Part shown: positions 8,477 through 15,832 of the stretch, one piece after another
Position numbering within the stretch: position 1 is the first letter of the stretch
How the letters are laid out: the number at the start of each line of letters is the position of its first letter
Assembly (NCBI GenBank): GCA_964354495.1
Contig: CAYHAA010000020.1
Span: 12,762 to 44,761, forward strand
DNA: 32,000 nt
Direction: 5' to 3'
Origin: an uncultured archaeon
GTDB lineage: Archaea; Asgardarchaeota; Thorarchaeia; Thorarchaeales; Thorarchaeaceae
Translations under genes and position numbers: made by a program
The notes under the pieces: model-generated
The model's input: only the letters and a program-made list of their open reading frames with translations
Told to the model about the DNA's origin: nothing
Database searches by the model: none

Positions 8477-9163
8477 GTGCAGGGCAGTAATCCCATCGAT
8501 ACATTGAAGATTCTCACAGGACAACAAGCAATTGACGCATACAAGGCTCTCAGTGATGAGAACCGAAGACAGATCCTGCATGCATTGAGAGCAAGACGAA
8601 TGTCTACTATTGAATTAATGGAGTTCCTGTCTAAACAAGATGTCAACAAGGAAGTGAAACCGCAGACTGTTCGTTATCACCTGAAGGAGCTAGAGAAGTG
8701 TGGCCTCATTCAAATGGATGGATACGAGCCAACCGGAAACGGCGAGAGTCACATAATGCAGAAGTTGTGGCGTGCTACTGCTGAAAATGTCTTCATAACA
8801 ACTGGGGATCTTGATGGTTTTGAGGCACGCAGTCCTCGGGACATTGACAAGACGCTGGACATCATTTCAACGATGAAGAGCCTGGGCTTCAAGTTTGAGA
8901 GTGAGAGTGAGATTCTGCAGATTGCAGAGGCGATGACTAAGCGAGATAGAATCTTAGACACAGGCAAGGAGTATGCAAAGGAGACTCTCCGGCAAGCCAG
9001 TGAGATTGATCCTACTCTCTATGTAGTGTTTCGCAGTCTTCTCAGTATTGTGCGACTGAACGAGAGTGATTATGAGCAGTACTGGAAGACTAGCCGCCTA
9101 GTCACAGATGGGCTTAGAGATGCCTATCGAAGAGGCGGTGGGAAGAACCCAAAGGTATACTAG
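8477..9163 (+). CDS. ArsR-family HTH transcriptional regulator with helical C-terminal extension
   Basis: YKALSDENRRQILHAL..R.MS..EL...VRYHLKELEK.GLI; GTG start preceded by AGGTGA SD. Confidence 0.85.
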   Translation: MQGSNPIDTLKILTGQQAIDAYKALSDENRRQILHALRARRMSTIELMEFLSKQDVNKEVKPQTVRYHLKELEKCGLIQMDGYEPTGNGESHIMQKLWRATAENVFITTGDLDGFEARSPRDIDKTLDIISTMKSLGFKFESESEILQIAEAMTKRDRILDTGKEYAKETLRQASEIDPTLYVVFRSLLSIVRLNESDYEQYWKTSRLVTDGLRDAYRRGGGKNPKVY

Positions 9164-9173
9164 ACCTGCAAAA

Positions 9174-11459
9174 TCAGTCTCCTTCTTTATGTCCTGGATA
9201 TTCAGCCTGCAGCAGATGTCGTATTCTGGCAGCTATCTTAGGTCCAACACCTCTCACTTTCTGTAGGCCTTTGGTGTCTTCAGAAAAGGTACGTTCCAAT
9301 GTGCCAAACTCGGTGAGCAACGCTCTGGATATCACAGTGTCTATTCCAGGGAATCCTGAGAGTATGTACTCCAAGGTATCTGCATCACCGGCCTTGGTTT
9401 CCCCTGATCGAGTACGCAATGGCTTTCTCGATGAGACCTGTTCAAGATGTGCAATACGATACAGAACATTAGCAGTCTCCTCTGCATTGCGTGTCCAAAT
9501 CATTGGGACCTGAATTCTGATTGCAATAGACGCCAACGCTCCGTATATTGAGGCTGGGTTCACACCCCTCAATCCAATAATCTGCTCTCCCTCAATTATC
9601 AGGACTGGACGTCGGTAAGCTGAGCGGAGAGCACTCAGCTGAACGAAGAGACGCCCATCTATGAGTGACTGTATGAAATCGTTCGACTCCTTCCGTTCAA
9701 CAGCAACATCCTCAGATGCCACATAGTCTGCAATCTCAAGGCTCTCTCCAGATATTACAACATCCAAACGAGCAAGTTCACGGGCTACCGCAGTGGGCAG
9801 TTCTCTCGAGTCCACGATGAGCTTTATCTGCTCAGGTTCAGTCTTTGGTGCAATTCTGGTTATTGCCTCTGGGGTTTCTTGTGCCTTACTGTTTCTGGCA
9901 AAATCCTCAAGACTTGTCTGTTTCTCGCTCTCCTCGGCCTCTGCCTCTTTGAGAGCCTTTGGCATCCTCTTCAACTTGCTCATCACGCTCCAGTGATAGA
10001 ACTCATCATGAGTTCCCTTTGCAACGAAAATCACAACTCTTCCAGGGACTCTTCGTCCCGTTCTCCCCCTCCTCTGGATATATGGGACCACTGAGGGGAC
10101 ACAGTCATAAAAGATTACAAGATTGCACTCTGGGATATCAAGGCCCTCTTCTCCTACCTGCGTTGCCACAAGTATGTTGAACTCATTGTTCCTGAAACCG
10201 TCTAGGACCTCCACCTGTTTCTTCTGACTGAATCCTTTGTCGGAGCCGCGGGAGCTCTGCCCCACAAAACGGCTCACACGTGCGTCACCTAATTGCTCCA
10301 GTGTTTCTGTGACCTCTGCAGCAGTATCTCGGAAACGTGTGAAGATCAAAATGCGGGAGTCAAGGTTGGCTGACAATTGCTCACTGACAATCTCAAGGAC
10401 CGCATCAGCCTTCGGATGTCTGTAGTCCTTCGCTATAAGAGCCTGCAGTAGCTCCTCGAACTGCTTGAACTCTGCTCTCGTGATGAGATCCTTCAATCCC
10501 TTGGAGCTCTTCTTGTTACTGATCTCTTCATACATGCCGCGAATGTATCTCATCGTAGGTGTCAGGCCCTGTGTTCCAATGAACTCTATGAGGTGAGCTA
10601 TCCTCAAGAGAGCAGTGAGATTTCTAATGACAAGAAAGAGAGTCCGTGGTGGATTCGTGAATGAACCTATCTCTTTTCGTACTGCGCCCTGTGCCTGAAG
10701 TATTTCTTTCCTTGTCAGGCGTCTGCTATCAGGCAGACTAAAGCCATGATCGACAACGGGTTTTCTATACTCCTCCATAAGCCTATACAATATATCTCGA
10801 AGCGCTTCGACTTCTGGGGGTAACCTGACATAGTACACTTCTGAGTCGACAGATACGATGTAGTCTTTCACATCCTTGCTCTTCTCATCCCTGACCTCAA
10901 CATGGGTCAGCCTCAAGTTTTCACATACAGCTATGATGTGCTCTGCCTGATGCCCAGGAGATGCAGTGAGCCCAAGAGACAGTCGATTATGTCCCTGTTT
11001 CTCATAGAGTTCCGCAACGAAGGTATATGCATAGTTGCCGACGCCACGGTGAGCTTCGTCATAGACAATCAATGAAACATTGGAGAGGTCGTAGCTTCTC
11101 TGAATCAAATCGTTTTGTAATGCCTGTGGAGTCATCACAATGACGCGCGCCTCTTGCCAAGAGGTATGTCTACTCTCTGGGGCATCTTGCCCAGTCAGGC
11201 ACACGATTTGGTTCTCCTCCAAGTCAAGTACGCGTTTCAAATAGCGCGCCTGCTGGTCTACAAGAGGTCGTGATGGTGCGAGGAAGAGCACCTTTGAGTC
11301 TTGATGCTCTCTTAGACGTCTTGCTGTCAGGAGGGCGGCAATTACAGTCTTACCCAGTCCTGTGCTCAGCACTATTATTGTGCTCTGGCGAGATGCTATG
11401 TCTGCGAGGTCCACCTGATACGACCTATAGTCCAGAGTCTGGGTCTTGATTAATGGCAT
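9174..11459 (-). CDS. hef: Hef (FANCM-like) SF2 helicase fused to ERCC4 nuclease and HhH domains
   Basis: RSYQ, TGLGKT, DEAH, LTASPG, EEGLDIP and QRRGRTGR helicase motifs; VDSRE, ERK..DF..S..DGRL ERCC4 motifs; PGID / GVGPK HhH. Start set at ATG 11459 (MPLIK). Confidence 0.95.
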   Translation of the reverse strand: MPLIKTQTLDYRSYQVDLADIASRQSTIIVLSTGLGKTVIAALLTARRLREHQDSKVLFLAPSRPLVDQQARYLKRVLDLEENQIVCLTGQDAPESRHTSWQEARVIVMTPQALQNDLIQRSYDLSNVSLIVYDEAHRGVGNYAYTFVAELYEKQGHNRLSLGLTASPGHQAEHIIAVCENLRLTHVEVRDEKSKDVKDYIVSVDSEVYYVRLPPEVEALRDILYRLMEEYRKPVVDHGFSLPDSRRLTRKEILQAQGAVRKEIGSFTNPPRTLFLVIRNLTALLRIAHLIEFIGTQGLTPTMRYIRGMYEEISNKKSSKGLKDLITRAEFKQFEELLQALIAKDYRHPKADAVLEIVSEQLSANLDSRILIFTRFRDTAAEVTETLEQLGDARVSRFVGQSSRGSDKGFSQKKQVEVLDGFRNNEFNILVATQVGEEGLDIPECNLVIFYDCVPSVVPYIQRRGRTGRRVPGRVVIFVAKGTHDEFYHWSVMSKLKRMPKALKEAEAEESEKQTSLEDFARNSKAQETPEAITRIAPKTEPEQIKLIVDSRELPTAVARELARLDVVISGESLEIADYVASEDVAVERKESNDFIQSLIDGRLFVQLSALRSAYRRPVLIIEGEQIIGLRGVNPASIYGALASIAIRIQVPMIWTRNAEETANVLYRIAHLEQVSSRKPLRTRSGETKAGDADTLEYILSGFPGIDTVISRALLTEFGTLERTFSEDTKGLQKVRGVGPKIAARIRHLLQAEYPGHKEGD

Positions 11460-11788
11460 CTCGACGTACTTGTCGTATCCAGTCAAAGCTACAACCCCGA
11501 AGGATGCATGGATTTCCATATCTGAGATAATGCTTGCTCTAAAAAGGCTCCTACATGCGTTCTATTGAAGGTAGTAAGAAAACCCGGAGGGGAGTGGGTA
11601 GTTGTATCCTAGACACAGAAAGGCACACAATTCACATCTGACCAGTCATACAGATTCGGGTGCAATATGCTCTGGTGCTTCTTATTTGCCTCTCAACAAG
11701 ATCGCACGTTACTAGCTAGATATTGAGTTCTAAGAGAAAATGGATTCGACCCCTCAACATTAGGAAGAGGTGAATCTCCTAGGGACTG

Positions 11789-12556
11789 CTAGGCCGTTAC
11801 CAAATAACAATATCTCCCGAACCTATCCTTCGTGAATGCACGGAGGCTGTAAAAAGGGAGCTCCATTTCTTTCAGAACACGTATTACATGGGACCGATAC
11901 TCATCTTTGTGGATGTCATCCAGCACAATTAGCCCACCTAGATGAGCTAAGGCAATGGCATCCTTCAACGTCTTTGTGCGAACTGGCATACGACCAAGAT
12001 CGTGTAAGACCAAATCGAATGACTCAGGTCTAGCCTCGATGAACGTCTGCCAGTGAACAAGATTGTCGCTAGAAAGCCTACTCGAGGTCAGAAAATTCCG
12101 AGTTGTTTCCAACCAGGTCAGGTCGTCATCCACAGACCAAATACAGCGTATGGAATCAATATTCACAGCACATAAGCGAAAGACCAACGAACTGAACCCC
12201 GAACCGAGATCAAGGACTCTCTGGGGGTTGCAGATATGACATAATACTGTCAAAAAGACTGCCGTTTCAAACCCGATTGCCATGGCTTCTGTCGACATTT
12301 TCGAGATGTATTCATCATAGTGTGGTCGGAGATGATTCCGAATTGGCGTAGCCAATGTTTCATAATCTCGAAGCTGAGGGAATCTCTGCTGCAATTTGGT
12401 AGAATCGAGGTGCCCTCGAATCGCCTCAGAGCTCACAAGAATTTTCCGCCAAAGAAAGCGTGGCAGATTCGTAGGGTGTAGTGTCCGGCTCAACGTCATA
12501 ACCAACCAAGGCTTCATTATTCTGAGTTTCATGGGGCGTCCTTTCGAACCTTGCAA
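11789..12556 (-). CDS. Class I SAM-dependent methyltransferase (substrate unknown)
   Basis: VLDLGSGFSS motif I, SVDDD, FDLVLHD and GGLIVLDD; start uncertain (12556 or 12532). Confidence 0.82.
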   Translation of the reverse strand: MQGSKGRPMKLRIMKPWLVMTLSRTLHPTNLPRFLWRKILVSSEAIRGHLDSTKLQQRFPQLRDYETLATPIRNHLRPHYDEYISKMSTEAMAIGFETAVFLTVLCHICNPQRVLDLGSGFSSLVFRLCAVNIDSIRCIWSVDDDLTWLETTRNFLTSSRLSSDNLVHWQTFIEARPESFDLVLHDLGRMPVRTKTLKDAIALAHLGGLIVLDDIHKDEYRSHVIRVLKEMELPFYSLRAFTKDRFGRYCYLVTA

Positions 12557-12734
12557 TAATCTTTTCTATTCACGGAGTCACCCCTTTCACACCCCCATCA
12601 TCCCTATTGCAGTCAGCTTCGTCATTCCTAGTCTTCCTTGCGGCTGTTTTCTCATCTAGAATGGCTCTGACCATGATAATACTCACTGTAAAAAGCCTCC
12701 TACAAATACATCCTATAGAATAAGGAGCCGAGAC

Positions 12735-13079
12735 ATGATGACTACTACCACTAAGGAGCCAATGCCAAGCATCGAGGCAGAGCTCTACGAGCTGAAGATG
12801 CCGGGTCGACTCTTGGGAAAGGAAGTACTTGATAACAGGGCTCGACGCATTGGCATTGTTAGAAGCATAAGAATCGCCTTGCATCCATTACGCTCCGAGC
12901 TCATTGTGAAGGGCGCAGAAGTCGAGTTTCCTGTCGACTTCTCGAAGGTTGATGCTGTCGGCACTGTGGTACAGCTTAACTCGGTGGTCAAGGATGCAGA
13001 AGAGATAGAGGTCCATGATGTCATAAGGCTACAGAAAGAGGTCCTTGACGACATCAAATCGTGTCTGGGCGGACAGTAG
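12735..13079 (+). CDS. PRC-barrel domain protein
   Basis: LLGKEVLD...RRIGIV..I.I......LIV....FPV....V.AVGTVV pattern; AAGGAG SD upstream. Confidence 0.72.
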   Translation: MMTTTTKEPMPSIEAELYELKMPGRLLGKEVLDNRARRIGIVRSIRIALHPLRSELIVKGAEVEFPVDFSKVDAVGTVVQLNSVVKDAEEIEVHDVIRLQKEVLDDIKSCLGGQ

Positions 13080-13149
13080 TTCCACAACAAGGGCATTTCG
13101 AAGAGCTTATACAGCTCGGCTGCCTCCTTCCATTTCTGGAGGCAAATCC

Positions 13150-13971
13150 ATGGTCCTCACTGTTGAACAACTTGCACGGGCTATTGATCACACCGAGCTA
13201 AAGCCAGAGGCTAAGCAGAGTAAGATAAAGCAGCTCTGTGAAGAGGCAATATCGTACAATTTTGCAGCAGTCTGTATCAACCCAGTCCATATTGAGTATG
13301 CAGCTCAGCTGCTCAAGGACTCAGCAGTAAAGGTGGCTTCTGTCATAGGCTTTCCACTCGGAGCTACTCTGTCTGAGGTCAAGGCCATGGAAACTCGTGA
13401 GGTCGTGAGGCGGGGGGCAGATGAAGTTGATATGGTGATCAACGTTGGCGCCTTGCGTGACGAGAATTACGATCTTGTGCGAAGCGACATAGAAGCGGTA
13501 GTTGCAGCCTCTGGCGAGGCTCTTGTGAAGGTCATCCTCGAGACTGGCCTGCTCACTGATGACCAGAAGAAGAAGGCATGTCTTCTATCCAAGGAGGCAG
13601 GTGCAGATTTTGTCAAGACCTCGACTGGGTTTGGACCAATGGGAGCGACTCCTTATGATGTCAAACTCATGCGAGAGACTGTGGGTGACTCCATGGGTGT
13701 GAAGGCTGCTGGAGGAATCCGTACATTCAAGGAGGCTCTCCGATTGATAGATGCGGGAGCCAATAGACTCGGAACGAGCTCTGGGATAGGAATCATTGAA
13801 GACTACCGATGGGCTCAGTATAGTGAGTCTTGGATGCAGCCCGACAAACCCTGCTGGACATGCCCGAGTCGCATGGCGAACATAGCGAAACAACCCAAAG
13901 AAGTGTATCTCTGGTATAAACAGCGGTGCCTGATGTGTCCAAACAAGGACCATAATATCTTCACAGAATAG
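13150..13971 (+). CDS. deoC: Deoxyribose-phosphate aldolase with Cys-rich C-terminal extension
   Basis: IDHT.LKP, VIGFPLG, GADEVDMVINVG, KVILET, FVKTSTGF (Schiff-base Lys), VKAAGGIR and RLGTSSG; start set at ATG 13150. Confidence 0.95.
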   Translation: MVLTVEQLARAIDHTELKPEAKQSKIKQLCEEAISYNFAAVCINPVHIEYAAQLLKDSAVKVASVIGFPLGATLSEVKAMETREVVRRGADEVDMVINVGALRDENYDLVRSDIEAVVAASGEALVKVILETGLLTDDQKKKACLLSKEAGADFVKTSTGFGPMGATPYDVKLMRETVGDSMGVKAAGGIRTFKEALRLIDAGANRLGTSSGIGIIEDYRWAQYSESWMQPDKPCWTCPSRMANIAKQPKEVYLWYKQRCLMCPNKDHNIFTE

Positions 13972-13983
13972 GAGGAATAACGA

Positions 13984-15783
13984 GTGTCTGATGCATCATC
14001 TCAACTATATTCTGAGGCCGAGCTGCTCTTCATCTCCCTTATTGATAGGACCATCACTCGAAAGCCTCTGCCTCCGGCCCTCTACAAGGAGTACCTCGGT
14101 GGTCGTGGTCTTGGTGTGAAGTTGCTCTACGATAATCTTGCACCGGGTATTGCTCCTCTCTCCCCAGATAACTGGTTAGTCTTTGCAGTGGGCCCATCAA
14201 CTGCGACATCAGTCCCTACAGGTGGCCGTTTTGTTGTGATTACCAAGTCTCCTGCTACGGGAACAATATTCGACTCGAATGCAGGTGGATACTTTGGCGC
14301 TCAGTTACGTCGTGCTGGCCTCGCTGCAGTCATCTTCACCGGAGCCTCAAAATCACCTGTCTATCTCTGGATCAATGACAATCAGGTCGAGATTCGTGAT
14401 GCTTCCAAGATCTGGGGCAAGACTACAGACGTCGCGACCGACCAGCTGATCAAGGAGACCGATGAAAAGGCACAGGTCGCCTGTATTGGTCCTGCCGGGG
14501 AGAATATGATCAATCTCGCAGCTATCGTGACTGACAAGCACAGGGCTGCGGGTCGTGGCGGCGTCGGAGCTGTGATGGGTTCCAAGAAGCTTAAGGCAGT
14601 GGTCGTTCGTGGGACAAGGACTCCTGGCGTTGCTCAGCCCGAGAAACTGCGAGAGGCAGTAGAACGAGCACGTCTTCTTATCAAGAAGAACCCAGTGACA
14701 GACAAATCGTTGCCAGTCTATGGTACTCCAGTCCTTGTCAGTGTGATAAACGAGGCTGGAATGCTGCCCACTCGTAACTTCCAAGAGGGTAGATTCAATG
14801 ATGCTGATGGAGTCTCAGGAGAGAAACTGCTAGAGCGCTTTTCTCTAAAGCCCTACAACTGCTATGGTTGTCCTATTGGTTGTGGACGCATGAGTCGGGT
14901 GCGGGGTAAGGATATGGGCGGTCCCGAATTCGAGTCGATATGGGCACTTGGCCCGCAATGCGGAATCAACGACCTCGAATGGATTGCTTTGGCGAACGAT
15001 AAGTGCAACCTATTGGGAATCGATACAATCTCAGTCGGTAGTACTCTCGGGTGTGCCATGGAGCTTGTTCAAAGGGGCAAACTAGAGCATTCGCTCAAGT
15101 TTGGCGATACGACGGGAGTCCTTGAAATGATTGAAGATATCGCTTATGCCCGTGGTCTGGGAGCGGAGCTGGGGAAGGGTTCCAAAGTATTCGCAGCGAA
15201 TTATGGAGCTCCTGAGCTCGCCATGCAGGTCAAGGGCCTTGAGATACCAGCGTACGACCCACGAGGTGTGCAGGGGCATGCTCTTGGGTATGCCACATCA
15301 AACAGAGGTGGCTGCCATCTTCGGTCCTACATGATTGGTCCCGAAATCTTGGGAAGCCCCGTGCTAGTAGACCGGGATATAACCGAAGGCAAGGCCGATC
15401 TCGTAATCCTGTTCCAGAATCTATCTGCTGCTATGGACTGTATGGTTGTGTGCAGATTCACGAACTTTGCTTGGACAGTAGACGACTACGCCGCGATGGT
15501 CAGCGCAGGCACGGGTCTAAAGATTGATGGCAAGGAACTACTTCGCATCGGAGCGCGGATCTGGAATCTAGAGAAACTGTTCAATATACGTGAGGGATTC
15601 GGGAAGAGTGATGACGCTCTGCCTCCACGCTTCTCCACTCCACTCACAGAAGGTGGCTCGAGAAAAAGGGTAGCTCAGATTGATGTAATGCTTCCAGAGT
15701 ATTATTCTCGGAGAGGTTGGGACAAAGAGGGACGACCTACTGGGAAACTGCTGAAGAGCCTCAACATCCCTATCGAAAGGTGA
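13984..15783 (+). CDS. aor: Tungsten-dependent aldehyde:ferredoxin oxidoreductase family protein
   Basis: YLGGRGLG, KSPATG, CIGPAGEN, AAGRGGVGAVMGSKKLKA, CYGCPIGC, GPEFES, GIDTIS, AYDPRG and NRGGCHL; GTG start 12 nt after the deoC stop. Confidence 0.93.
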   Translation: MSDASSQLYSEAELLFISLIDRTITRKPLPPALYKEYLGGRGLGVKLLYDNLAPGIAPLSPDNWLVFAVGPSTATSVPTGGRFVVITKSPATGTIFDSNAGGYFGAQLRRAGLAAVIFTGASKSPVYLWINDNQVEIRDASKIWGKTTDVATDQLIKETDEKAQVACIGPAGENMINLAAIVTDKHRAAGRGGVGAVMGSKKLKAVVVRGTRTPGVAQPEKLREAVERARLLIKKNPVTDKSLPVYGTPVLVSVINEAGMLPTRNFQEGRFNDADGVSGEKLLERFSLKPYNCYGCPIGCGRMSRVRGKDMGGPEFESIWALGPQCGINDLEWIALANDKCNLLGIDTISVGSTLGCAMELVQRGKLEHSLKFGDTTGVLEMIEDIAYARGLGAELGKGSKVFAANYGAPELAMQVKGLEIPAYDPRGVQGHALGYATSNRGGCHLRSYMIGPEILGSPVLVDRDITEGKADLVILFQNLSAAMDCMVVCRFTNFAWTVDDYAAMVSAGTGLKIDGKELLRIGARIWNLEKLFNIREGFGKSDDALPPRFSTPLTEGGSRKRVAQIDVMLPEYYSRRGWDKEGRPTGKLLKSLNIPIER

Positions 15784-15832
15784 AAATGCCCACTATCCGC
15801 AGACCGGTAAAGAATAACTGGAGATGCTCTAG

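Noticed and set aside
11730-11795. tRNA-like stretch on the minus strand (GTTGAGGGGTCGAATCC, similar to a T-arm)
   Set aside because: The T-loop reads GGTCGAA rather than GTTCGAA, the T-stem is broken, and no acceptor, D or anticodon stem can be formed. At most a remnant; tRNAscan-SE would settle it.
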